The position numbers were made by a program, and so were the translations under genes. Under the pieces are notes generated by a model. The model had not been told where the DNA came from and did no database searches. It saw only the letters and a list, made by a program, of their open reading frames with translations. Shown piece by piece: positions 49,356 through 61,346 of a stretch of 64,000 nucleotides of DNA (position 1 is its first letter; each line of letters begins with the position of its first letter). Source of the stretch: Cyanophora paradoxa CCMP329. Lineage: Eukaryota > Plantae > Glaucophyta. Location: contig QPMI01000692.1 in assembly GCA_004431415.1 (NCBI GenBank), positions 64,204-128,203 of the forward strand, read 5' to 3'.

Positions 49356-50870
49356 CGGGCAAGGGCGGCGGTGTCTACGTATACGTGGCGAGCCTCGGAG
49401 CGGCGGCGGCGGCCAAGCGCGGCGCCGGCGGCTGCGGGGACTACGTATACGATCGCGAGGTCCCGGGCCGGGTGCGCCCAGTTTATAATTAAGTCCGATC
49501 CGGCGGCCGCATCTCGCTGGGTAGGCGGGCGGGTCCGCGGATGCGAGCTAGTGTACGTATACGAAGACTCTCATAGTATAGCTAGTCAGAGTAAGTCAGA
49601 GTATAATTAATATTAAGGCAGCTAGCTATAGGATCCCAAAGCTTAAGGGCTCGGCCAGGGCGATAGATCTAGATCTAGAGAGAAGGCCAGCGAGAAGCAG
49701 GACCGGAGAAAATGGGACGCACCCCCCGGGGCGAGGCTGGCCACCGTCGGGAGGAGGGCGAGGAAAAGAAAAGAGAACAATTGCAAAACAAGCGGAGAGA
49801 TTAGGCCGAGGGCCCGGCCCGGGGTTCGGCGGATGGCACGTCGTTCGAACGCCGTCCACCCGCGCGCGCGCGCCTCGCAGTGAATGAGTGGTAATTTGGG
49901 AACTGCGGGGCGGGCGTGATCATGATCATGAGGCCCGGGCAGGTGACGCGAAAGACGCGCAATGCGGGGTGATGTCCCTTTGCTCGACCGTAAAAAACAA
50001 CGTTGACCTTGAATTGACTTTGTGATCATGAGATCATGATCAATCGTTTCGATATCGATATCGTGTAGCTGCCCCGGACCGCCCCGCGACTCGGCGAGCT
50101 CGAGGTGGCGCACTACGACATCAATCCCCAGAGCCCCGTGGCAGCCGCCGACATCGCCTTTGCAATTGGGATCCTTTTTCACGCCACGGTTTCGCGCTGG
50201 TTTGAATTTCGGGGGCACATGTACATGTACAGCGCTAGTGCGCGCCGCCTTTCAGCCGGCAAGGGCCGGGCCCCGCGAGCAACGCCGCCGCCACGAGCAG
50301 GGGCCGCGGCCACGAGCAGGGGCCGCGGCCGGGGATGCTGGGGGGGGGGGGGGGAATACATGCCCCGACTTGCAATATTAATTGAGATCTGAGCTATAGA
50401 CGCCGACAGACTGAAAGCTTACCTTAGTAAAGTTTGCAATTGCGCACGGAGTCTCAGGGGCTCCCCGGAGTCTCAGAGTCGTGCGCGCGCGAGAGAGGTC
50501 CGACATGTACTAGTGTACACTGTGACAGCCGTTGCTCAGCGGCTGGCCATGGCGTCGATCGCGTCGCGCCGCCGCCGTCGACGTTGTTGGCTATAATTAA
50601 TAAACGGTCGGCCGGCGCCGTACGCGTACGCGCGCCTGCCACTAGTACTAGCTAGCGCTGTATATACGTGGGCCTTTGTGAAGCGTTGAGCTCTCGAGCT
50701 TGCCCCTTCGCTGTCAATGCATTGTTAACCCTCGGAGGTTGCATGAGTCACGCGTCGCGGAGGTTTGGGTGTTATATTGCGATCAGGTACACGCTGCACT
50801 AACAGGGGGGCTAGCACTAACCGACGCGGGGAGTAACAGCCGGTGTACCCCTCGGGGGGCCTCCCGGCCT

Positions 50871-51653
50871 CTAACGATGCTCAGGCTCTAACTGAATGCT
50901 GTACCCCCCGCTGTTACTGCCCGAACCTTCCGAACTTGCGTAATTCGGCCTCGCCCTGTACCCAGTGGCTGGTGTCGTCCATCCATTCGCGTACCTCCCT
51001 CTGACGCTTGAGTGACTCACGCTGCTCGGGGGTAGGGGAGGGGGGGCCTTCGAGGCGGGGTGGGAAGGGGGTACGGTGGCAAAATTCAGCCACTCGGGGG
51101 GTATGCCGAATTCGCCGTGAACGATCCTCTGCGGTGTGAAATACCGGTCGCTGCTCACGGCCAAGTGGAAGAACGCGCTCCTGAGCCCGGAGAGGAAGCG
51201 TGGTTGCATGAATGGCTGCTGGAGGGACTCGTCGCGCCAGGGGGCTACGAAATCAATGATACGCTGCTGTACCTGCGCGGGCAGGGCAAGGATCTGGCTC
51301 TTGCGGTTCGCAAAGGCCGTCCACAGCGCTTGCAGGTCGGCCCAATCGCCGTTCAGATCCCTGCGTTCGCGCCTCAGGTACGATCTCGGGTTCTCTGTCA
51401 TACCCATCAAGCCCGCGGCCCTGATCATCTCCCTGTCCGGGAGCTCTCGCTCGTCGTGGAATTCGTCTCTAATCCAGCGCACAAGGTAGAGCACGCGCTC
51501 CATGAAGTTCTCCGCCGGCGAGCCGCCCCCTGAGGACGTGCGCCTCCCCTCCAGCACTGCGTTCGCATCCTCCAAGTCCACGTTCCGCTGTCGAATCTCC
51601 CCGTCCAGGTCGCCGTTGTTGTACAGCACGTCGGACTCGCGTGTTCGCGCCAT
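50871..51653 (-). CDS. Hypothetical viral-type protein
   Basis: Intronless ORF MARTRESD...; shares LWxAFxxRKS..LPxxVQxxI motif with the upstream ORF. Confidence 0.6.
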   Translation of the reverse strand: MARTRESDVLYNNGDLDGEIRQRNVDLEDANAVLEGRRTSSGGGSPAENFMERVLYLVRWIRDEFHDERELPDREMIRAAGLMGMTENPRSYLRRERRDLNGDWADLQALWTAFANRKSQILALPAQVQQRIIDFVAPWRDESLQQPFMQPRFLSGLRSAFFHLAVSSDRYFTPQRIVHGEFGIPPEWLNFATVPPSHPASKAPPPLPPSSVSHSSVRGRYANGWTTPATGYRARPNYASSEGSGSNSGGYSIQLEPEHR

Positions 51654-51687
51654 GCTCGCGGCTCGGTGAGAATTTATACCTGTACCC

Positions 51688-52416
51688 CTACTCGCGGTCG
51701 GGGTATCGAGGGCCTGGCAGCCTCGCGCGCTTCCGCAGCTCGGCCTCGTCTGGCGACCAGCTCGTCGGATCATTGCTGTACTCCATCCACCTGCGAATCT
51801 GACCCTCCCGCAGTATCTCTTGGCGCTGCTCCGCCGTGGGCGCCGGTGGGCCGTACGGTGGGCCGGCAGGCGTCAGTTTTCTATACTTGTATCTCTTGAA
51901 CCGTTCTTCCATATTGTCTTGTTCTTCGTCCCATCCTTCAGGGATCAAATCCGATGGGGGACATAGGGTACCACCCATTCATCTTCCTTGTTTTTGGCGT
52001 GGTGAACGAAGCCTTGGAAGTAGTGCTTCAAAATATTGAGCGGGCGATTGATGATCTCCGTGCGAGTGCCCGCATTCAGGAAGAGATCCAGTATAACTCT
52101 CTGAACGTCTTGGGGCAGGTAGGTCATGGGGCTCTTGCGCGAGCCGAACGCCCACCAGAGCTTGCGAAGTTCATCGCGAACCCTGCCCATGTCGTCCCTG
52201 TGTTCGATTTCGTACACCGGCGGCTCATACGTTCGGATGTCTACCCTGGACCGAGGCCTCTGCGTGCCACATCGCGCAAATACGTCGCAGCCATGCCCCG
52301 TCTCGCATTGTATTGGGGATCTCTTCTTTCACCCAGCCGATCAGCCCGTTTACCTGCTTAGTGTAATCTCGGATGTACCCCGATAGCGGTGGGAGGGTAG
52401 TCTGATTATCAGACAT
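51688..52416 (-). pseudogene. Frameshifted paralog of the 50871-51653 protein
   Basis: Three consecutive ORF pieces (52225-52428, 51945-52217, 51688-51978) containing LWWAFGSRKSPMTYLPQDVQRVILD. Confidence 0.5.
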
Positions 52417-52466
52417 ATGCATTCGCACACATCAAGAAATTCTAAACGCTACTGCGAGGCTAAGCT

Positions 52467-53131
52467 ATGCATACCGATACAGATTGCGAGACTTGCGAGA
52501 ACTTACAACAGGGGAGCGCGGCGTGGCACGCGGCGCGCCGTGAAAAACTAACTGCATCTAATTTTGCGGCTGCGTGCGGTATAAACCCTGGAAATCCAGG
52601 GCCCGCCTGTGGGCGGAGCTAAGCGGGATAGCGGAGGAAAACAACTTTGACAACCCTGCCCTAACCTACGGGCATGACTATGAGCCCTTCGCGGTCTCTC
52701 TCTACAAAACGTTGAACAATAACGTGGACGTGCAACATACTGGATTGCACGAACATAAGGAACTGCCCTTCCTGGCGGGGAGCCCGGACGGGCTAATCGG
52801 AAACGATCGCATACTCGAAATAAAATGTCCGTACAAACAAGAACTCTACGACAAGGTTCCTACCTATTACATGACGCAGCTGCAAGGACTTTTAGACATA
52901 ACGGGCCGCGAGTGGGCCGAACTTTTTTGCTTCACGCCTCTGCGCGTGCGAACGTGGTACGTCAGACGGGACGAGAGGTACATTCAGCTCATGCGGCGGT
53001 GCTTACATCTATTTTGGTCGCACGTGAAGGCTGGAACTCCGCCCGAGCCCTACAGCGATCGAATGAAGTCAGAGAACCTCAGCGAGGAGCAGGCGGCGCT
53101 GCGCGAGTTTAAGTTGTACGCCCTCCTCTAG
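52467..53131 (+). CDS. YqaJ-like viral recombinase / lambda-exonuclease (1-bp frameshift at ~52585)
   Basis: QQGSAAWHAARREKLTASNF, YGHDYE, FLAGSPDG, LEIKCPY and YYMTQLQG motifs. Confidence 0.9.
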
Positions 53132-53385
53132 TGTCTCGACCCTCTCAGATATTAATTTAAAGATCTGGGAGGGTCGGGACACGTCTCTTGGTCAGACTAC
53201 TTATGTACGCCCTCCTCTAGTGTCTCGACCCTCTCAGATATTAATTTAAAGATCTGGGAGGGTCGGGACACGTCTCTTGGTCAGACTACTTATGTACGCC
53301 TCCCTCCTCTAGTGTCCGGACCTTTCCAATAATCTATAAAGAAAGTAGGGAGGGTCCGGACACGTCTCTTGGTCGGACTCACCGT
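53115..53385 (+). repeat. 89-bp tandem repeat x3, each with a 50-bp AT-centred palindrome
   Basis: Palindromes at 53132-53181, 53221-53270 and 53313-53362; further copies at 53659-53708 (reverse), 57001-57050 and 57087-57136. Confidence 0.92.
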
Positions 53386-53809
53386 AGCTTGGTGTAGCTC
53401 AGGCCCAGGCGGGGAAGGCGAGTCTGCAATGAATCAGACCCCACAGGATTTGGTTGAGCTGCTCTTTGCAGGGGGGCAGGAAGGCGGCCGCAGAGGGCTA
53501 GGGAGACTAGATCTAATTAGTAATCCCACACCGCGCATGTGCAAGCGACAGAGAACGAAGTGAGTAAATGCAGATCGATGATACGGCAATCATGAGTTGT
53601 TCAGAAAAGGTCGGGACACATAGAGAGTGCATGCCCTCACTCTCGTCCGCCCTCGCAATGTCCCGACCCTCCCAGATCTTTAAATTAATATCTCAAAAGG
53701 TCGAGACATTCATTGATCATATGCATGACGTCACTTGAATTCGCACGTTCGTATTTACACACTGGCACGCGCATCCCGTTCGCGAAGTCCACACTGTGAC
53801 ATCCGACAA

Positions 53810-56800
53810 TCACACGCGCCTGTGAATGAGAGCATAGCAGTCGGAGAAAACGTTGTAAACCTCTGGGAAGCTTGGCGCCATGCCTGCCCTTGCCTGCTTA
53901 GCCTGGCGCTCTACTGCGTCGTCGAGCATGTCTTCCTCCCACGTGATGTAGCGTCGCTTTCGGCTGCCCATTTGCCCTCCGTCCGCGTCGGAGAAAGCGC
54001 GTCTCACTCCGAGGTACTTCTCCAGCAGGTACTTGATGACTTGCCAAGACTGCTGCGAGAGCCGCTTCTTCTCACCGTCCGCTGCATCGAAGCGGGGCGC
54101 GCGCTCGTCCAGACTCTGCAGAGCCGCGTACGCCTCCCGACCTCCGGCGACGCCAGGGCCGCGTAGGCTTCGTCCGACCACAGAGCACGCCCCGCGAGCT
54201 TTCCATACCCCGCCAGCCGAAGAGTTTCTTGAACAGCGCGACGACCTTCGATACCTTGAGGCGCTCAGCAGTAGGCACGATCTCGGCAACGTCCGCGCCA
54301 TGCTTCAGCACCAGCGTGACCACGGCAGTGAGCGGGATGGAGTAGAACGAATCCACATCCAGGCGACGTCTCCTTCGGTCAGCTCGCTCGGATCCTTGGC
54401 CAGGAACGCGGCGATCGACGTGCGAGCAAGCGAAGCAACCTTCTCGATGTCCAGCTTAGCGAGAGACTCGCGGACTGCCTCCAGGCCAGCACCGTGCTCC
54501 ACAGATCGACGGGCTCCAGCGCGCCCGCCTCCAGCACGCTCCTGATCTCGCGCAGCCGCTGCTCCTTCTCCTGCTTCGGTCCGCTCGGGTTTTGATCCTC
54601 CGTGACTTGCACGTTCATCAGCGCGCAGGTCGACATCAGCCGCAGGCGCGCTGCCACTGCGAGGCGCCGAGTGGGCATGCCGGCGCGGCGGCTCCCGCGG
54701 TGGCTAGCCTTCAGGTCCAGGTAGCGCTGCATGTCGTCCGAGCTCTCGTCGTCGTCGCTCTCACGCCAGTGCGCAGCGCCGCGCCGACCGCAACCGAGGG
54801 CGTCCGGTTCTTGCGCACGGCGACGAGCAGGTGCTCCCCGTCGGGCGTGCTGCGTTTGCGCAGCCTTCTGACTCGAAACAGCAGCTGCACGATGTCGTCC
54901 GCCTCCAGCTGCGCGGGCTCTGCCTGGAACACGCCGTAGACCTTGTCAAAGTGCGCGTCCGAAAAGTCCACGCCTGCCCGAGCGCGGAAGTTGCGATGAG
55001 CACGTCGCAGGCCTTGTACGCGCCCTCCTCAGACACATCGATCGACACGATGCGCACTGGGCCGTCGTTCGTGAAGCGCACGCTCTTCTCCTTGGCCTGC
55101 CCAACGATGAGCCCGATCGTGAACGGTGCGCCGCTGCCGTCCTCGGGCCCTGCCTCGAGCTGAGTCACGTACTGAGCGCCGCCAGGCTGAGCTGCTCCAG
55201 CGCCTGCTTCGCAATCTTCTCCTGCATCTCGATCGCCTTGGCCGGCGTCTCTGCAATGATCATCGCCCGGCAGCGCCCGGTCTGCACAGCGCCATGATGT
55301 CCGCCTCGACGTGCGCCGGGCTGTCTGACACGCGCATCTTCCAGTCGCAGGTGCGATGCGAGTTGTACAGGAGCCCCAGGCGCGCCCCGACCTCCTGCGC
55401 CGACTCTGCCAGGTACGCGAGATCGACCGACCGAACGAAGCCGTCCATCGCCACGATGCGCGATGCCTTCATCACGCCGCGCCATAGGCCCACGCAGCGC
55501 GCGTTTCGAGGCACTGACCGCATACCTAGGTGCAGGCCGGTGGGCTCGAGGGTGCCGCTCGAGGTGAGGTGCTTCGTGAGGGAGGAGAGCTCGTCCAGCA
55601 CGACCAGTAGCGGCGCCGTCGACCAGCCCTCCCAGTCCTCGAGCACCTTGTGCAGCGAGTCCATGTGATGACGACGCACCTGCACTCCTCATGGCGGAAG
55701 CCCACTTGCCATGCGATCCCTTTGAGCTCTCCGGTGGCTTCTTGATGTCCATGTAAAGCACGGCGTCCTTTGACAACTCCGCAGCATCAATGCGACGCTT
55801 GAGGTCGCGGGAGAAGGCCCGGCGGCAAGTCACGAGGATCACTCGCCAGCCGCCTGCAAGGGCCGGGTCCAGGTACGCATCGATCAGCGCCTGCGTCTTC
55901 CCGTGTTGAGTCCGAGCAGATGACGTCGACCTGCGGCTGAGCGGATCTCGGGTTCTGCTCCAGCGCCCCGAATGCGGAGGTAAGGATCTTGCACGAGAGG
56001 TGGCGTTCATCCACTGCATTGACGCAAGCCTCCAGGCCCGTCGACTCGAGCGCGATCAGGAGGGAGGGGAGGGCAATGTCGAAGGCGACAGGCTGCGAGG
56101 GATCGGTCACATAGCGGGTCTGTGCCACGCTGCCCGACTCCCTCCGGTCCCTCCCCTCGAGCTCGACTTCAATACCGTGCGCCTGGATGGAGATTCGAGC
56201 CGCCGGCGCCCCCGGCTGACTCCCGCCCAGGACGAGGGTGATGGACCCGTCGGGCTCGACTCCAAGGTGCTGAACGCGGCGGGCGTCGTGCAGGCCAAGG
56301 TCCGCGCGCAGCTCTGCCCCGCCTTCCAGATCTCGTCCTCACCGCCTTGTTCTTGCGCAGGCGGTCCAGGAGCCGCTCCAAGGCCGGCAGGCTTGGGCTC
56401 GAATCCAGGAGAGCGCCCGGCTCCGGGATGGGCTTAGCGCGGGGCGCCGAGCTTCTGGATGGAGTGGGGAGGAGCTCCGCTCGCGGCCCGGGCGCCGGCC
56501 CCGCAGAACGTAGCCCCCGTGCATCCACACCGAGCTCCAGGCCGCTCGAGCTCCCAAAGAACCATGCATGAGATCGCAAGCCTCCGGGCTCTGTAGGACG
56601 TAGGCAGCCTTGAATCCATTATCCAAGGGGCGAGAGAAAGTGAAGCCTCCGAACTTGGTTGCAAAGGCGCAGGCTGCCGCGGTGCTCGTCTCATCCTCGG
56701 CACCCGAGAAGTGGCTGGGGGTGATGCAGGGCGGGTGGAAGACGCAGAAAGCCGTCCCCAGGGTCGGGCTGCAGGCCTTCTGGACTTCGACGAGAGGGAA

Positions 56801-56911
56801 TCGAACGAAAAAGCTGCACTCCTGCTCGCTCAGATCTATCTGCTGTACCCCGGGCCGGGCATACGGGCCAGGAAGGCGTCGACGTCGAGAGACACGCGTC
56901 CGGTTGCCATG
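53810..56911 (-). pseudogene. Herpes UL9 / NCLDV replication-origin-binding-protein-like SF2 helicase, multiply frameshifted
   Basis: GKTQAL (Walker A), VILVTCRRAF, MDSLHKV, VVLDELSSLTKHL (Walker B), IVAMDG, VLIATS..GVDF..HFDKVYG and QLLFRVRRL, in the correct order across frames. Confidence 0.75.
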
Positions 56912-57000
56912 GTCGTCTCTCTATAGCTAGGCTTGGAAAATTCTAGATCTACTAGGCTAGTCAACGTCTGTTGGCTAGCTATAGTCGACGTCTGGACTGC

Positions 57001-57136
57001 TGTCTCGACCTTCTGAGATATTAATTTAAAGATCTGGGAGGGTCGGGACAGGCTCTGGTCCGTCTGGATCCGGACTGCTCAGCGGCTGTCTCGACCTTCT
57101 GAGATATTAATTTAAAGATCTGGGAGGGTCGGGACA
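57001..57136 (+). repeat. Two copies of the 50-bp AT-centred palindrome upstream of the helicase gene
   Basis: tgtctcgaccttctgagatattaatttaaagatctgggagggtcgggaca twice. Confidence 0.92.
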
Positions 57137-58289
57137 GGCTTTGGTCCGACCTTAAGCGCTCAACTAGACCCGGTTGACACCGTCTTGATCTCTCCTTCTT
57201 GGCGCAGCGGACGATGTGACGCGCAGACCGTCGGCCCGGCGGACGGGGAGGCGCGCGCGTAGAACTTCGGAAGCGCTAGCCCTTGCTTGACCGAAGCTTA
57301 GAAAGTTTTGAGCGCACGTGAATGCGACACGTGTAGAGAGAAGGCAGAGCGCGCCGGAGCTAGCTTGCGCGGCCGAGCGCTCGACCGCCTTTGCTCCTAA
57401 GCTCAGAAAGTTTTGGGCTCACGCGGTTGCTCCACGTGTTTCGACTCAAAACACAGTACCCCAACCCGAAAAAAAGCGCCCGGGCAGCGCATCTCGCAGC
57501 GCCCGGGCCCAGCGCTCCTTGCAGCACTTGCCAGAGGCACTAGCTTGCATTCCGCTCAGCCCGGAGAGCCGCCGCCTCGCTCCTTTCGATTCGGAGGTGC
57601 GCCTCACTTCGCAACCTCTTTCTCCGCACCACGGCTAGCTCCGGACCTCAGATTTTGGGCGCTGGAAAGCTCTCTCGACGCCGCACTCACGCCGCCACGC
57701 GCAGGGTCGCTCGCGCCGGCCGCGGACCTTCGAAAGCTCGATGGCGCCCGAGCCGGAGCACTCCGCCGCATCCCGCAGGTGCCAGCTCGCTCTCTTGCCG
57801 CTCTATCCCTTGCATTTAGCACCTAGAACATGCCCGCAACCTCGCGCTCGATTCGCCCGCGTCCGCTGACATTTGGTCTCTGAGCAGGTGCCGAGATTGG
57901 CCGCCGCGCCTTCCGCAACTCGAGCCGACGTTCGCGGCGACTTGCGCACGCTTCTAGATCTCGTTCTCAAGCCCGCGCATCGATTCGGCGGCTCCGGCTC
58001 GCCTCCCCGCGCCTCCAGCCCCGCGCCCCACACCCGTTCTTGTCCTAGCTAAGCCCTCCCTTGTCCGCGGCCAGTCGCGGGCTACGCGCATCGCGGATAG
58101 CATCAGTGGAGCTACGTTTCAGCGCTGGACGCAGGCCCGCCGCCAATCCCTCCCACCTCCCGCTCGCAGCACGCTCACTGGGCCGCAGGCAGCTTCGCGG
58201 GGAGCCGCTGGATTCGAAGCCGCGCACCTTCCCCGCCCGTCCCGACGTCGTACGCGCTAACGTCGCCCGCGCCGCAGGTGGCCGCCAGG

Positions 58290-59373
58290 CCTCCTGCATC
58301 CAGGCCTTCGAGCCGGCGTGGCTGCGGGCGCAGCGCCTCGGCTTCTGGCAGGAGACGGCCTCCTGTCCCTCACCCGCTTCATCATCGCCCACTGCGCCGT
58401 CGACCCACCACCTACGTCGCCGCCCGAACACGGAGGGCTACATGACGAGCGTCGCGGGCATCGTCGAGTACATCGCGCGCACGGAGGGCCCCGACACCTC
58501 GCCGCCGTCGGCGCCGACATCGAGAACGGCCGGCTGGACGAGACCCTCGCCGGCTTCGGCTCCTGGTGCCGCCCTACTCCTACAAGCTCGGCGGCGTCTG
58601 GCAGACCTACATCCGCGGCATCGTCCCCAAGGCCCGCTCTCCCTCGGCGAGAGCCAGCCGGCGCTGGAGGCGATCGCGATCCCCGTCGCCCAGTTCAAGG
58701 ACCCGGTGGCCGACGTCGGGCCTTCCTCGTCAAGCCCCACACAAGGGCAAGGGCAAGCGCACCCGCAACTCGGCGCCGGCCTTCCTCCCGCCCAGCCCCC
58801 GCCACTGCCCCCAGCAGCGCCCCGGCCAGCAGCGCATCGACGAGATGCTGCCGCGCCAGGTCCGGCCCGCGTACCCCCGCTTTCCTCCCGTACCCCCCTC
58901 CCCCGCCCCCTCCTGATCCAAGGGCAGGGTACCTCCGCCTCCCCGCGAGCGCCGACGGCCCAGCCCCCTCCCGGCCCGGCGCCGTCCTCACCGCGATCCA
59001 GGGCTTCGGGGCCCAGCAGGAGGCCGAGCGGCGGGCGCTGGCGGCGCGCCAGGCGCGCGAGGCGGAGGAGCGGCGCCAGGCCCTCTGGCCCAGCGCCTGC
59101 AGGCCACCATCGCCTTCCGCGCCGAGCTGGACTCCGGCTTCCGCGCCGGCCAGATCGCCGGGGCGGAGGCTCGGAGCGCTGGCGGGCGTTCGAGGCGGAG
59201 TCGGCGGGGCTGGCGAAGGGCCTCGGCTACAGCTACCGGCGCGTGCCCGTGCTCAAGGACTACGCGTCGGCCGCGGCGCGGAGGCCTCGCGGGCGGAGAT
59301 CGACGCGGCGGAGGAGCAGGCGGCGCGCGAGGAGGCCGAGGACAACGCGCGCTTCCGGCACCTGCACCACTGA
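58290..59373 (+). pseudogene. Heavily frameshifted hypothetical viral-type gene
   Basis: Coding-like peptides hop between frames (EGYMTSVAGIVEYIAR, PYSYKLGGVWQTYIRGIVP, LGYSYRRVPVLKDY). Confidence 0.45.
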
Positions 59374-59700
59374 GGCCCCGAGGCGGTATTTTTCTCAACC
59401 CTCCCTCAATTCGGTCCCGCGATGGCCTTCGAAGCTTATCCTGCCCACTACTCGCTAGAGCGCTGGCCGCGACCTCACCTGGCTCCTCGGCGGCACCCCA
59501 CGGCCTCGGCGGTCATAGGCGTGGGCTTCGGCTACGCCGCCAAGTCCCTCTACGCCCCGGCGGCGCCTCGCAGGCGGCGGCCGGCATGCGCCCCGCCGGG
59601 CGCTAACTTTTCAAAGTTCATTCTCCCCTCCCCTTTTCCGAGTTCCGAGTCCGTTGGCGTTCCCTTTTAAATTTTCTTCATTCTCGTTACACGTTCGAAG

Positions 59701-60177
59701 ATGTCGAGCGCGGTAGAGAAGCTGCTGTGCACCGTGTTCAAATCGGATTCGCGATGCAGCAAGATCGGCGAGGCGGCGAGGGCTAAGGGCGGGGCGGCGG
59801 CGGAGGGGCCCAGGGTGAAGGCGGCGGATCCCGCGCCGCCGTCGCTGAAAACGATCAAGGGGGCGGGCAAGGGCAGGAGCGTGGGGGCGCTGCCCTCGTG
59901 GCGATCGCGCCGGGCAGAGGGAGGCGGCGCACGCGGCGACGGCGGCGCTGGCCGCGCGGCGGCAGGCGGAGGCCTACCCGTGCCTGGGCCGGGGGCTGCA
60001 CCCGCCGGCCGGCCGCCCTACGCCGTGAGCGCCTACTTCGACGAGGCCAACCGGCTGAGCTGCCAGGAGCTGTGCGACAACCGCATGCGGCGCGCCGTGG
60101 ACGGGCACCTGCCGCTGCTGGTGGCGCTGGGCGGCTCGCTCCTGATGGTCTGGTACCTGCGCGGCCTGGTCATTTAG
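59701..60177 (+). CDS. Small protein(s) with C-terminal transmembrane helix
   Basis: ...LPLLVALGGSLLMVWYLRGLVI*; TTTTCT motif upstream of the ATG. Confidence 0.5.
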   Translation: MSSAVEKLLCTVFKSDSRCSKIGEAARAKGGAAAEGPRVKAADPAPPSLKTIKGAGKGRSVGALPSWRSRRAEGGGARGDGGAGRAAAGGGLPVPGPGAAPAGRPPYAVSAYFDEANRLSCQELCDNRMRRAVDGHLPLLVALGGSLLMVWYLRGLVI

Positions 60178-60203
60178 ATAGTTTTTCGAAGTCTAGGTCA
60201 AAG

Positions 60204-60604
60204 ATGGGCTGGGTGGACGCCGTGCTGACCAAGGTCTTCGGACCGAAGAGCGCGCAGCCGCCGCCGAGCTTCAACCTGGCCGCGGCGATCAGCACGACGA
60301 TCGAGCGCAAGAACAACGAGCTCATCCTAAAGAACGACGGCAAGCTTCCCTGGGCCGACGTGGCCGCGGGCGCACTCGGCAGCACGCTGACGGGAATCGA
60401 TCGGACGGGCGCCGCGGCGTGAAGGTCGGGCAGGCGGTTGCGGCCGTGCCGGAGCTTGCGATGAAGGGCTGGCACTACGCCAAGATCGCCGCCGGCGTCG
60501 CCGCCGTGCTCCTTGCGATCTGGCTCGCGTGGCAGCTGCGCGGCGCCTACCAGGGCGCGCGCCTGCAGAGCGCCCAGCTCGACTATTTTCTAAAGGCTAG
60601 GTAA
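60204..60604 (+). CDS. Small membrane protein (one frameshift at ~60420)
   Basis: MGWVDAVLTKVFG...KIAAGVAAVLLAIWLAWQL. Confidence 0.5.
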
Positions 60605-60616
60605 AGCGAGCGAACC

Positions 60617-60895
60617 ATGCGCGGCGGCTCTTCCCCCCGTGTTTCCTTCGCTGAGAACCCGGTGGCGAACGCAGTCGCCCCTACCCCCCTGGAGCCCGGA
60701 GTGAAGCTGGAGCGTGCGAACGCAGTCTCCACCAAGAAGGCCAAGCGCGCGCTGGCGCTGGAGGTCCCGGTCGCGGAGGATACGGAGAAGGTTGCATTCA
60801 ACAAGCGCAAGACGTACAAGGCGATACGCGAGGGACAGCTGCTGCCACGGACTCGGTTCCCGGGCTGCCGGGCACCACGGCCGGCGAGCTCCTAG
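60617..60895 (+). CDS. Small basic hypothetical protein (3' end probably frameshifted)
   Basis: ATG preceded by TATTTTCTA; coding-like codon usage. Confidence 0.4.
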   Translation: MRGGSSPRVSFAENPVANAVAPTPLEPGVKLERANAVSTKKAKRALALEVPVAEDTEKVAFNKRKTYKAIREGQLLPRTRFPGCRAPRPASS

Positions 60896-61346
60896 TGCGC
60901 AACCTGCGCCTGCAGTACGTCTCCCGCCTCCGCCGCTCCAAGGCCAAGAAGGCGCGCCTGGACTCGGGCGATAGCAGCTCTAGCTCGTAGGGCTCTGTAC
61001 TGTTGTATTCAATGCCTTTACCAGTTCCTGTTCCTATCCAGAGCACGACTCGGGTGAAGGGCACGGTCATAGCGAACATGAACTCGGCGAACTTTGCAAA
61101 GTTCATCAGGGTTCCCAGGCGGGGATCCTCCAGTAGATCGCCTCGCGCAGCGCCTCGTAGACGCGCATGAGGGAGCGCTCGTTCTCCGTCGCGAAGGCGT
61201 CGCCGGGCTCGTCGGGGTCGGGATCCGTGAGCTCGGAGTACTCGTCCGAGCTGCCCGCGCTCTCGGCACTGCGGCGGGGTCGGGCGAGGGTCGGGCATTC
61301 TTTGCTGGTAGAAGGGTTAGAAGAGGGACCAGAAAATCACTAGCAA

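Noticed and set aside
53115-53385. CRISPR-like appearance of palindromic repeats (also the 16475-17040 and 62052-62759 arrays)
   Set aside because: Intervening sequences are repeated rather than unique spacers, there are no cas genes, and the context is eukaryotic.
56690-56780. CHC2 zinc-finger/primase domain at the helicase N-terminus (FCVFHPPC)
   Set aside because: Only a partial resemblance; the remaining ligands and AEP motifs cannot be identified through the frameshifts.
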